52,977 bases of DNA from an uncultured archaeon (GTDB taxonomy: Archaea; Iainarchaeota; Iainarchaeia; Iainarchaeales; VGJJ01): contig CAZGES010000003.1 of NCBI GenBank assembly GCA_964524375.1, positions 1-52,977 of the forward strand, given 5' to 3'. Each line of letters begins with the position of its first letter. Positions within the stretch are counted from its first letter, which is position 1. The notes under the pieces were generated by a model. The model did no database searches. It worked only from the letters and a program-made list of their open reading frames with translations, and had not been told where the DNA came from. Position numbers and translations under genes: made by a program. This document shows, in pieces, positions 8,963 through 17,221 of this stretch.

Positions 8963-9041
8963 TCCCACCCCACCTTTTTCGTGTTTATATGGTTAGCCGT
9001 GTGGAAACTCGTTTTTTATAAAATTTTTCAAAACAGGACAA

Positions 9042-9443
9042 CTATGTCGTGGCGGTGCGTTTGCGCAAAATCTTCAAATTGGTTCCGAAGCGCAAATACT
9101 CTACTTCGTCCCCGCTCGTCAAATCTTTCAATTCCGCGGGTTTGGGAACGTTGTGGGTTTCATACGTGGCGACGTCCATAATCTGAATCTGTCCGCCCAT
9201 GACTGCCACCACTTGCGCGTTTCCTCGGTCCACAATGGGAACTTCCGCATCCGCGTGGACGGGTGCCATGAGGTTTCTTTTTTGGTTGTCAAACAATCCA
9301 TTGGCGGTTATTCGCGCTTTTGCCGCACCGTGCTTTCCGGGTTTTGACTTTTCCATCGTCTTAATCTGGCAGACGAAGCCGTCGATCATCACATATCCGC
9401 CTTCGCGGAGTTGTCCAACGTGGGTAAATTTGATTTCAGACAT
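9042..9443 (-). CDS. eif5a: translation initiation factor aIF5A
   Basis: MSEIKFTHVGQLREGGYVMIDG...SKPGKHGAAKA contains the hypusine loop. Start re-set to the ATG at 9443, which follows GAAGGTG. The track ORF extends 36 codons further upstream. Confidence 0.93.
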   Translation of the reverse strand: MSEIKFTHVGQLREGGYVMIDGFVCQIKTMEKSKPGKHGAAKARITANGLFDNQKRNLMAPVHADAEVPIVDRGNAQVVAVMGGQIQIMDVATYETHNVPKPAELKDLTSGDEVEYLRFGTNLKILRKRTATT

Positions 9444-9601
9444 GTTTGGTACACCTTCGTGTTTAACGTACAAGTCTGGTGGCGGACGCTTTTTAAGTGT
9501 ACGCGTCGGCGTGGCGTCTGGTTGCCATCCTTCCCCTGCGCGCGCCCTCAATGCTTAATAACGCCCGCGCCCTGAGGGTACCGTTGAGCGTGTGATAAAC
9601 C

Positions 9602-10099
9602 ATGAATTTACCCGCAGGCGTGACCCGTGTTATTGGAAAAAGCGTCAAGACGTTTGACGCAAAGAAAGATTTGGATGACCTCTCCGCGGCGGGTTTTTCC
9701 GGCTATGTGGTTGAATCCTTATTCGGAGAGAATGGCGTGGAAGAGTCTGCTATCATTTACCGCCAAGGACAGGGCATGGGTGCCGTGTACGAGTATTATG
9801 GCCTCCAACAAACCTTGCAGGGGGACGAAGCCCTTGTTCATGTCATGAATGGTTTTCTCTCCAATTTTGGCGTGCTGGACATGGTTGACTTGTCAATACA
9901 ACAAGTCGATTTAGTCACCGCGTTCAACTCCAAAATTAAATTATCCAAACCCATCTTGAAAGGACAGTTCAAGCCGCTCGTGAAGGATTCATTTGATGCC
10001 AATTTATCCAAAAAAATGGGTCCTGCGAAAGCAGTTGAGTCTGCGTCCAAGGAATCGCTGTTCAAGCGTTTCGGTTTGGCGGGGATTGAAGGTCGTTAG
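9602..10099 (+). CDS. hypothetical protein, first gene of the Roadblock-like/MinD cluster
   Basis: 165-aa ORF with an ATG start. It is 29 nt upstream of the next same-strand gene. No motif recognised. Confidence 0.55.
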   Translation: MNLPAGVTRVIGKSVKTFDAKKDLDDLSAAGFSGYVVESLFGENGVEESAIIYRQGQGMGAVYEYYGLQQTLQGDEALVHVMNGFLSNFGVLDMVDLSIQQVDLVTAFNSKIKLSKPILKGQFKPLVKDSFDANLSKKMGPAKAVESASKESLFKRFGLAGIEGR

Positions 10100-10128
10100 T
10101 TTAACAATGGAATGAAGGTGAATGGATT

Positions 10129-10593
10129 ATGGTCATGGGAAAAGTCAAACGATTAGTTCGCGGCGTCACGAAGCGCGTGTTGGATGTGGAAGATAATCAC
10201 ACGCCGCAGGAACAGATGAAATTGTTGAACACTTTCCTCTCGCGCCACAAACTCGAACTCAACACGACGTCCATTCAAGAGCTTGTTCAATCCATGAAGA
10301 AAAAACATTTGGTGGATTCCATTTGTATTTGTTCCCCCAACGGAAGCATTGTCATTTCCACGGACGAGAATGATTTTTCGGAAGCCATTATTGGTTCCGC
10401 AATGTTCAATTACATCAAGACCGAACTCCCCGAGAGTGAAACCATCCTTGTGAAAGACAAAGAGAATTGGTTCATGATTTTTCCCTTTAATGGAAAAATT
10501 TACATTGTCCGCGCCGCGAGCGACCTTACAAGAGTAGAGTTGCAGGTCTTGGCGAAAGAAATCGAATCCTTCTTGAAAGCGCACGGGGACTAA
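10129..10593 (+). CDS. Roadblock/LC7 (MglB-like) domain protein (tentative)
   Basis: 154 aa. VDSICICSPNGSIVISTDENDFSEAIIGSAMFNYI...KIYIVRAASDL fits the Roadblock alpha-beta pattern only loosely. Confidence 0.4.
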   Translation: MVMGKVKRLVRGVTKRVLDVEDNHTPQEQMKLLNTFLSRHKLELNTTSIQELVQSMKKKHLVDSICICSPNGSIVISTDENDFSEAIIGSAMFNYIKTELPESETILVKDKENWFMIFPFNGKIYIVRAASDLTRVELQVLAKEIESFLKAHGD

Positions 10594-10630
10594 CCTTAAT
10601 GAGCCGATTGCCCCTTTGTTCACGCGTGCC

Positions 10631-10638
10631 TTTAAATG
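10631..10638 (+). promoter_or_regulatory. putative TATA box upstream of minD
   Basis: CCTTTAAATGCC lies 51 nt upstream of the ATG at 10689. Confidence 0.3.
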
Positions 10639-10688
10639 CCTAAACCACGTTTAGGTTGTTATTCCGTAGGTTATTCGGTGGAATCAGC

Positions 10689-11528
10689 ATGGGTCGAAGT
10701 ATAGCAATCGTTTCAGGAAAGGGTGGCGTTGGAAAGACGTCTATTTGCGCCAACCTCGGTATTGCCCTTGCGCAGCGCGGCGTGTCCGTTTGTTTAGTGG
10801 ACGCGGACATTGCCATGGCAAATCTTTCTCTTTTACTCGGAATGCAATCCTCTCCCATAACCCTACATGATGTGTTGTTAGGAGAAGCGGGAATCCAAGA
10901 CGCTATTTACGATGGCCCCAATGGGTTGAAATTCATCCCCTCCGGATTATCACTCGAAAACTACCGCAGAGTAGACGCAGACAGATTGGCAACGGTTATC
11001 AAAACCATTCAACCCAAATTCGATTTTGTTTTGTTAGATGGTCCTGCTGGAATTGAAAAAAGTGTTCTCGCCACCATCGCTTCCACGGAAGAAAGTTTGC
11101 TCATCGCCACGCCCGACTCGCCGAGCATTGCGGATGTGTTGAAAACAAAAATTGTTGCTCAACGACTGGGAAACAAGCCCTTGGGTGTTGTGCTCAACAT
11201 GGTTCGTTTCGAAAAGGGCGAAATCGGAAAGGATGAAGTTTCGCGCATGATGGAATTGCCCGTGTACGCTACCGTTCCCTACGATGATGAAATGAGACAT
11301 TCGTTTCAACGCGACAAAGCCGTTCCCGTGATGCTGCGCAACACGCAAGCAAAGTCTTCCATTGAAGTGCAAAAACTCGCCGCACGCTTAGCCGGTCTTC
11401 CGGTGCAATTTGATGAAAAGAAATCCTCTTCCGGATTCTTCGGTTCCATTTTCGGTTTCTTCGCTCGCTTATTCGGCGGAGGAAAGAAATCCTCTTCTGG
11501 AAAAGGGATGGAAGAAATGAAAGTGTAA
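10689..11528 (+). CDS. minD: MinD/ParA-family P-loop ATPase with C-terminal amphipathic tail
   Basis: Deviant Walker A (SGKGGVGKTS). The C-terminus GFFGSIFGFFARLFGG resembles a membrane-targeting helix. Start set to the ATG at 10689, because the track start is TTG. Confidence 0.9.
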   Translation: MGRSIAIVSGKGGVGKTSICANLGIALAQRGVSVCLVDADIAMANLSLLLGMQSSPITLHDVLLGEAGIQDAIYDGPNGLKFIPSGLSLENYRRVDADRLATVIKTIQPKFDFVLLDGPAGIEKSVLATIASTEESLLIATPDSPSIADVLKTKIVAQRLGNKPLGVVLNMVRFEKGEIGKDEVSRMMELPVYATVPYDDEMRHSFQRDKAVPVMLRNTQAKSSIEVQKLAARLAGLPVQFDEKKSSSGFFGSIFGFFARLFGGGKKSSSGKGMEEMKV

Positions 11529-11558
11529 TGTTAGTATTGTTATTAGGAGCTGAAAACC

Positions 11559-11795
11559 ATGACTACGAATACCCCCACTGCCTCGCGCCCGTTTGATTTG
11601 CTGAGCGACAGCATTGGCAAAAACGTTTTAGTCGAGCTGAAGGGAGGGTGGTCCTTCCGCGGTTCGTTGAAAGCATTTGACGTGCACATGAACATCGTCA
11701 TGGAAAACGCCGAGAGTTGGGAAAACGGCCAGCCCAAGACAAAATACGGGAAAATTATTCTGCGCGGCGATAATATTTTGCTTATTTCGCCGTAG
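11559..11795 (+). CDS. Sm-like archaeal protein (SmAP/LSm)
   Basis: 78 aa with Sm1 (VLVELKGGWSFRGSLKAFDVHMNIVMENAE) and Sm2 (ILRGDNILLISP). AGGAG lies upstream. Confidence 0.9.
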   Translation: MTTNTPTASRPFDLLSDSIGKNVLVELKGGWSFRGSLKAFDVHMNIVMENAESWENGQPKTKYGKIILRGDNILLISP

Positions 11796-11803
11796 GAAAT
11801 AGA

Positions 11804-12676
11804 ATGTCTTTAATCGAATGTTTTGATGTCGGCGGAACATCCATCCGCGGCGCGATGATTGAAAACGAGAAAATTCTTTTTCAAAAAACGATTCCAAGCA
11901 CACAAAATGGTTTTTCCGCGCTGGTTTCATTAATCAAAAATCTTTCAAATGAAATTCGCAGTGGTGCCCAAAAATCGAATGTGGATTGCACCGTTATTGG
12001 TCTCCCGGGCCCGATTCAGGAAAATATCCTCCTCAACTCCGGTCCGCTGGGTATTCTCTCTCCCACGCCGCTCAACCCCCTCCTCGAAGCGTTTCCCAAT
12101 CGCGTAAAAATTGAAAATGATTTGAATCTCGCCGTCAACGCAGAGTTTTTTCGCGGGCAAGGAAAGGGACTGGATTCATTCTACGTGCTCGCCATCAGTA
12201 CCGGAATGGGCGCCGGTTTAGTCTGGGACCAAAAAGTTGTGGAAGGAACAATGGGCGAATTTGGCCACATGATTTTGGACGCGCAACCAACTGCTCCCGC
12301 GTGCGCGCTCAACCATCGCGGCTGTTGGTTTTCATTTTCCTCCGGAAAAGGTATTCATTCCTTGTCCGGAAAATCTCCCGAAGAAGTTTTTTCACATGCA
12401 AAAAGCGGAGATGAAAAAGCAAAAAAAATTATTGCGCAGGCGCGTGCCGCGAATGCACACGGTTTAGGAACAATGTTGAACGTTTTCGCGGTGCAAAAAA
12501 TTATTATCATGGGCAGCGTCGGCGTGTCGCAATTTGCTGAAGTTATTCCAACCGAAAAAGAAATTCAACCATTCACACTCCACCCTATCCCTCCCATCGT
12601 CTCAACAAAATTGGGCGATGACATTGGTTTGTGGGGCGCGTATTACTCTGGCGTTTCTGCTCTAAAAAAAGAATAA
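11804..12676 (+). CDS. ROK-family sugar kinase/regulator
   Basis: N-terminal FDVGGTSIRG phosphate-binding motif, and GHMILD...C..NHRGC as a ROK Zn/Cys motif. Confidence 0.7.
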   Translation: MSLIECFDVGGTSIRGAMIENEKILFQKTIPSTQNGFSALVSLIKNLSNEIRSGAQKSNVDCTVIGLPGPIQENILLNSGPLGILSPTPLNPLLEAFPNRVKIENDLNLAVNAEFFRGQGKGLDSFYVLAISTGMGAGLVWDQKVVEGTMGEFGHMILDAQPTAPACALNHRGCWFSFSSGKGIHSLSGKSPEEVFSHAKSGDEKAKKIIAQARAANAHGLGTMLNVFAVQKIIIMGSVGVSQFAEVIPTEKEIQPFTLHPIPPIVSTKLGDDIGLWGAYYSGVSALKKE

Positions 12677-12677
12677 A

Positions 12678-12748
12678 TGCGGATGCTGGGAGTCGAACCC
12701 AGCCCCCGACCTTGGAAGGGTCGAATACTACCGATATACGACATCCGC
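12678..12748 (-). tRNA. tRNA-Gly (UCC)
   Basis: Hand-folded cloverleaf: acceptor GCGGATG/CATCCGC, anticodon arm CGACC-CTTCCAA-GGTCG, T arm CTGGG-TTCGACT-CCCAG, 4-nt variable loop, discriminator A, no CCA. Confidence 0.9.
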
Positions 12749-12806
12749 ATTTCTCTACAAGAAATGGTTTCCCATCTCTTTTTATTTGACCAATATTATT
12801 GGCCAG

Positions 12807-12878
12807 TGGACGCTGGGGGATTTGAACCCCCAACCTCTTCCATGCCATGGAAGCGCGCTACCGTTGCGCCAAGCGCCC
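12807..12878 (-). tRNA. tRNA-Ala (GGC)
   Basis: Acceptor GGGCGCT/AGCGTCC with the G3:U70 alanine identity pair. Anticodon arm CTTCC-ATGGCAT-GGAAG and T arm GGGGG-TTCAAAT-CCCCC. No CCA. Confidence 0.9.
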
Positions 12879-12896
12879 GAACTTTTGCAAAAGTTC
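12879..12896. repeat. perfect 18-nt palindrome abutting the tRNA-Ala 5' end
   Basis: GAACTTTTGCAAAAGTTC (7-bp stem, TGCA loop) starts 1 nt upstream of tRNA-Ala position 1 and lies 75 nt downstream of the coiled-coil gene stop. Confidence 0.6.
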
Positions 12897-12971
12897 GATC
12901 AAAAAGCCGTTCTTTTAGCCTTTCTTCAAGGAAATGGCCAGGAAACGATTAAAAATGGGGCTTTTGGCGGG

Positions 12972-14465
12972 TTATTTCTTGAATGGATTAAACCCGCTTT
13001 TCTTGGTTGTTTTCTGCTCTTCCGCCGCGTGGTCAGCTGCCGCGTTCGCATTCGCGGTGTTTTGCGCCTGCTGTCCTTTCCATTGTGATAGAAGCACGCT
13101 CAACTCTCCCACGACCGCGTCCAATTGTTTCAATCGTTGATCGATAATCGCTACCTTCTCATCCGCGCGCGCGTCAAACGAATCAATTTTCTTTTTGAGA
13201 ATTCCCATTAATTCTTCCCGTTCAAAGTTGCTTTTTTTGAGTGTTTCCAAAAATTGGCGTTGGAATCCGTCCAGTCCCTGCATGCGCGTTTCCGTTTCGA
13301 GTAATTTTTGGGCTAATTCTTTTTTCAGCGAGTTAACGTCCATGGACTGCGTGTCCACTTTTTTTGAGAATGATTGTTCTTTTTCCCTTACGAGCGAATC
13401 CATTTTTGTATTGACAATTTTTTCCACGTTGACGAGTTTGTCTTCAATCATCTTGTCTACTTCTCTCGCTTTTTGCTCCACGAGTTCATCTACTCCCTTT
13501 TTTGTTTTCTCCATCTTTTCATTCATCTCTTTGAATTCTTCAACCACTCCCTGAATGTCTTTCGATGCTAAATCCGCTCCCAATTTTTTGAGTTCAATAA
13601 TCTCTTTCTTGATTTCCATGCGCAAGTCTTCCACTTTTGCCTCGACAATTTTGTTGGCCTGCTCTTCCATCTGCGAACTCAAATTGGATGTAATTTTTTC
13701 TTCGAGTTCAAGTGTTTTCGTCGCGCGATTCTCCACTTCTCTCATGCGGGATTCGGTTTCGCTCACTAACTCATCCACTTTCTCCTGCAAGTCTTCCAAT
13801 TTTTGTCCCGTGTCATCAATAATGGCCTTTTTTGTCGCGTCCAATGCAATGGATTTGTTCTCCAAATCCTTCGCCAAATCCTCAATAATCATTTTCTGTC
13901 CCTTGATGCGCTGCAAGTCTTCTTGTGTCGAGAGGTTCAATGTTTTAATGTCATTAATTTTTTGGTCCAGAATATCTTCCACTTCCTTCGTCTTCGCATT
14001 CAGTTCCGCGTCCATTTTGAATTTGTATAATTGTCGCTGCGCGTCAAACAGTGCTTCTAATTTTTTTTCCATGGAATCATAATGCACCTGAATTCGTTTT
14101 TCCATTTCATCATCTAATTCTTTCTTCAATCGTTCCATTTGCGCCAAACGTGCATCCACGGTTGCGAGTATTCCTTTCTCCCACAGTTTTTCGGTGGCGA
14201 GCGGCGCACTAGGTTGTGCGGGCGGAGAAGGAGGAACGTACGTGCTTGAGGAAATGGTCGGTGCTGCGAGTGCATGTTCACGCGTTTGCGGAGTTGGCTG
14301 ATTCGAATACGGTGCGTTTTGCGCTTGGTGCGCTTCGCGAACCCATCGTTCGGCTTGAAAGCGCGGGATGCCCAAATGGTCCAGCTGCGTAATGAGTTCT
14401 TCGCCGTGCAAACCCATGCTTTCGAGCTTGCGGATGTTCTCAATGATGGCTTGCTGGTTGGGCAT
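12972..14465 (-). CDS. long coiled-coil protein (about 497 aa) with a small N-terminal helical domain and a Pro/Ser linker
   Basis: Start re-set to the ATG at 14465 (MPNQQAIIENIRKLESMGL...), because the longer track ORF overlaps tRNA-Val. About 330 aa are K/E/L/D-rich heptad-like sequence. No enzymatic motif seen. Confidence 0.7.
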   Translation of the reverse strand: MPNQQAIIENIRKLESMGLHGEELITQLDHLGIPRFQAERWVREAHQAQNAPYSNQPTPQTREHALAAPTISSSTYVPPSPPAQPSAPLATEKLWEKGILATVDARLAQMERLKKELDDEMEKRIQVHYDSMEKKLEALFDAQRQLYKFKMDAELNAKTKEVEDILDQKINDIKTLNLSTQEDLQRIKGQKMIIEDLAKDLENKSIALDATKKAIIDDTGQKLEDLQEKVDELVSETESRMREVENRATKTLELEEKITSNLSSQMEEQANKIVEAKVEDLRMEIKKEIIELKKLGADLASKDIQGVVEEFKEMNEKMEKTKKGVDELVEQKAREVDKMIEDKLVNVEKIVNTKMDSLVREKEQSFSKKVDTQSMDVNSLKKELAQKLLETETRMQGLDGFQRQFLETLKKSNFEREELMGILKKKIDSFDARADEKVAIIDQRLKQLDAVVGELSVLLSQWKGQQAQNTANANAAADHAAEEQKTTKKSGFNPFKK

Positions 14466-14523
14466 ACCACGATTGGCATTTGGTGGAATAAAAGAGAGAT
14501 GGCAAAAAGAGTTATTTGAAGGA

Positions 14524-14595
14524 TAGCCCCGGGCAGAATCGAACTGCCCCCTCCACCATGTCAAGGTGGCATCCTAGCCGATAGACAACGGGGCC
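14524..14595 (-). tRNA. tRNA-Val (GAC)
   Basis: Acceptor GGCCCCG/CGGGGCT (G1-U72 wobble), anticodon arm CCACC-TTGACAT-GGTGG, T arm GGCAG-TTCGATT-CTGCC, 4-nt variable loop, no CCA. Confidence 0.85.
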
Positions 14596-14623
14596 GGATA
14601 ACTAGAATTGGCACGGGAATCCA

Positions 14624-14629
14624 TTTAAG
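14624..14629 (-). promoter_or_regulatory. putative TATA box of tRNA-Val
   Basis: Minus-strand CCCTTAAATGG lies about 29 nt upstream of tRNA position 1. Confidence 0.35.
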
Positions 14630-14647
14630 GGAAAGCGTTGGGCGGCG

Positions 14648-15667
14648 CTATTGCAAGATGGGCAGCCCGTTTCCGGGTTTGCGTTTTCCCATCGCATTAA
14701 TCTGCCCCGGCGAAAGGGTTTGAGACAATTCCCCCGCGTCGCGGATGCGTGTTTCATATTTGCACGCCTGGCACACGGGTTGCGAACTCAAATCGCCGCA
14801 TCTCTCGCACATCTGCAGATTGGTTTCCGTTTCCATTTTTTGCAGTAAAGGTTTCATCTCCAAGAATGATTTAATCATCGCGAATTTGCTTCCAGGCTTT
14901 TTCATTTCCAACTGGTCGGTCATCAAGCGATACACGTTTCGGTCCGCTCCGTGTGAAAACGGGCAGCACATTTCATTGTAGTGGGGGTATTTTTTCATTT
15001 GCGCGAACAATTCCACTTCTTCCTCGGGAGACGTGTACAATGGTTTCACGCGCGGCACCCACCCCTTCACATTCACGTGCTCCACTTTGGGTCCCATGCG
15101 TGACAAGCGTTCCACTTGACTTGTAAAGAGGTTCATTGTGATGCTTTGCACTTCATCATCTAAATTGTGTCCCGTTACAAGTTTGTCCGCGCCCATTTCG
15201 CGCGCCGCTTGGTTGATGTACTTACGCCGGAACACTCCGCAAAACGTGCACGAGTTTTCATTCCATTTGTTTTCGTGTGTTTTTTGCACGATTTCTTGCA
15301 TCGAATTTCCAATTTCTTTTTTCAGGGAAATAATTTTGTAGTCGACATCCAATAGTTCATAATTTTTCACCGCTTCGTCAATGGCTTTGTTTCGGTACCC
15401 GTCAATCCCTTCATCGATGGATATTCCCACAATCTCATTTTGCGGCATGATTTGTTTGACTAAATTTAACGCAACCACCGAGTCTTTTCCTCCCGACACC
15501 GCCACGGCAATTTTTTCGTTTACATTAAACATTTTTTGCGCGCGGGTGAATTGTTTCACGCGGTTTTCAAAAAATTGTTCAAAATGGTCTTGACAAAAGG
15601 CGTGCGGTCCGTATGCTAGACGGATAACTGCTTCTTTCGTGCATCGCTGGCATGCGGAGTTGCTCAT
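14648..15667 (-). CDS. PP-loop ATPase, tRNA 2-thiolation protein (Ncs6/NcsA/TtuA family)
   Basis: PP-loop SGGKDS (IAVAVSGGKDSVVAL) is flanked by CxxC Zn fingers (N-terminal CQRC...CQDH, C-terminal CERCG...CQAC). Start set to the ATG at 15667. Confidence 0.85.
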   Translation of the reverse strand: MSNSACQRCTKEAVIRLAYGPHAFCQDHFEQFFENRVKQFTRAQKMFNVNEKIAVAVSGGKDSVVALNLVKQIMPQNEIVGISIDEGIDGYRNKAIDEAVKNYELLDVDYKIISLKKEIGNSMQEIVQKTHENKWNENSCTFCGVFRRKYINQAAREMGADKLVTGHNLDDEVQSITMNLFTSQVERLSRMGPKVEHVNVKGWVPRVKPLYTSPEEEVELFAQMKKYPHYNEMCCPFSHGADRNVYRLMTDQLEMKKPGSKFAMIKSFLEMKPLLQKMETETNLQMCERCGDLSSQPVCQACKYETRIRDAGELSQTLSPGQINAMGKRKPGNGLPILQ

Positions 15668-15770
15668 ACTCAAAACCCCCACATTTGGGTTAAAAACCGC
15701 CACTTGTTTAACGTGAAAAAGCGGGTCTTAAATACTCTTGAATGTCTTCTCCCTGCATAGGAGTGGTACC

Positions 15771-16514
15771 ATGAACCCTAAAATCCTCGGAATATCTATT
15801 TTGCTTTTCATCGGACTCGTTTTGTCCGGCTGCGTCCAATCGGCCGCGCCAGTAACCAATCAAACAACGAATAACGATGATTCCGTTGTCACTACTCCTA
15901 ACCCCAATGAAACGCTCCCCGAAAACGTAATTGAAATTACGGTTTCTCCTGCTGCGCCTAAAGCGGGTGATAACGTGGCTTTTTCCGCCGCGGTCATGTC
16001 TCCCTATGAGTTGAATTGGGAGCAGCAGTTCTCCTTTGAATTATGGGTTCGACAGTTTGGTAATTGGGCCAAAACAAGTTGTTATGAATCACCCTGCAAT
16101 TACGTCTTAGACGCCGCGTCGCAGGGAACGGTTGAATACAAGATTGTTCGTACCTCCAAGAGTGGTGTGGTCACGGAAGAAGGATCATACTACTTAGACG
16201 TTGTCTCCACCACCCAAACAGGAGACACGCTCGGTCCTACAGTAACAGTGTCTCACTCTCCTCAGAATCCTAAAGTGGGTCAAGAGGTAACCATTATTGC
16301 CCTCGTGAATGACATCTCCTCCTTGAATGGAGTGGAATTGTACAACGCGGGTGCCGTGCTCAAGTCCTGTGCTCAAAAGGTGAAAATTATGACCTGCCAA
16401 GCTACTGTCACCGTCACTGAGCAAGGAACGTTTGAGTATTACGTGGTAGCAGAAGACACGTTTGGAAACACCACTCAAACAACGCCCCAAACGTACTCGG
16501 TTGCCCTAAACTAG
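15771..16514 (+). CDS. secreted lipoprotein-like protein with two Ig-like repeats
   Basis: ATG at 15771 follows GGAGTGG. It has a signal peptide plus a lipobox-like LSGC, and an internal duplication (ITVSPAAPKAGDNVAFSA and VTVSHSPQNPKVGQEVTIIA). Confidence 0.65.
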   Translation: MNPKILGISILLFIGLVLSGCVQSAAPVTNQTTNNDDSVVTTPNPNETLPENVIEITVSPAAPKAGDNVAFSAAVMSPYELNWEQQFSFELWVRQFGNWAKTSCYESPCNYVLDAASQGTVEYKIVRTSKSGVVTEEGSYYLDVVSTTQTGDTLGPTVTVSHSPQNPKVGQEVTIIALVNDISSLNGVELYNAGAVLKSCAQKVKIMTCQATVTVTEQGTFEYYVVAEDTFGNTTQTTPQTYSVALN

Positions 16515-16530
16515 GCGCCCGGGGAACCGG

Positions 16531-16538
16531 TTTAAAAG
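16531..16538 (+). promoter_or_regulatory. putative BRE/TATA of rpl15e
   Basis: CCGGTTTAAAAGCG. The box ends 26 nt upstream of the ATG at 16564. Its core is nearly identical to the box at 24215. Confidence 0.45.
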
Positions 16539-16563
16539 CGTTTACCCAGCGTTTTTGCTTAGT

Positions 16564-17175
16564 ATGACCTTTGCCAAGCGTTTAACGGAAACCATCCAGA
16601 AGGAATGGGCTCGCGAGAGAACAGAAGACACGGATTATGGTACCCTTTTCCGCTCTCGAATGATGGAATACCGCAAAGAGGACAAGGCCGTTGTTCCCGT
16701 GGACAAACCGTACAATATTATTCGCGCCCGCGCGTTGGGATACAAAGCCAAGCCCGGAATAGTTGTTGCGCGTGTTCGAATTCGACGCGGCGGAGGATTA
16801 TTCATTCGCCCGCGCCGCGCACGTAAACCTAAACGAATGCAAGTTGCTTCCGCCACACGAAGAAAGAGTGCGCAAGTCATGGCCGAAGGTCGTGCTCAAA
16901 CACACTTCCCCAACATGGAAGTTTTGAACTCGTATAAAGTGGGTCAAGACGGAAAGAATCAATATTTTGAAGTTATTTTAGTCGACCCGCGCAATTCAAG
17001 TGTGCTCGCCGACAAAGACATGAAGTGGATTGCGGAACCCCAGCACGGTGGCCGCGTCTTCCGAGGAAAAACTTCCGCCGGACAAAAATCTCGCGGCTTG
17101 CACAACCCGGTTGGTTCACGCGGTTCGGAAAAAGTCCGCCCCGGTGCGCGCGCCAACGATCGAAAGAGCAAGTGA
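16564..17175 (+). CDS. rpl15e: 50S ribosomal protein L15e
   Basis: VDKPYNIIRARALGYKAKPGIVVARVRIRRGGG is a typical L15e core. Confidence 0.93.
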   Translation: MTFAKRLTETIQKEWARERTEDTDYGTLFRSRMMEYRKEDKAVVPVDKPYNIIRARALGYKAKPGIVVARVRIRRGGGLFIRPRRARKPKRMQVASATRRKSAQVMAEGRAQTHFPNMEVLNSYKVGQDGKNQYFEVILVDPRNSSVLADKDMKWIAEPQHGGRVFRGKTSAGQKSRGLHNPVGSRGSEKVRPGARANDRKSK

Positions 17176-17221
17176 TTGCTTCACAGCAAAGGATTATTTA
17201 CCACGCATCCATCTCCTCTGA

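Noticed and set aside
9444-9551. 36-codon N-terminal extension of the aIF5A ORF.
   Set aside because: Canonical aIF5A starts at MSEIKF.. (ATG 9443), which is preceded by GAAGGTG. The extension has no homology pattern and covers the promoter region.
12585-13088. Track ORFs 12585..12848 (-), 12677..12952 (+) and 12786..13088 (+).
   Set aside because: They overlap the tRNA-Gly and tRNA-Ala genes and the 3' end of the coiled-coil gene. Their composition is not protein-like.
13195-14082. Plus-strand ORFs antisense to the coiled-coil gene (13195..13554, 13555..14082 and others).
   Set aside because: They are Ser/Phe/Leu-rich mirror products of the K/E/L-rich coiled-coil codons, which is a typical antisense artefact.
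14466-14564. Longer start for the coiled-coil gene (track start 14564).
   Set aside because: The extra 33 codons would run into the tRNA-Val gene (14524..14595). The ATG at 14465 gives a sensible N-terminus.
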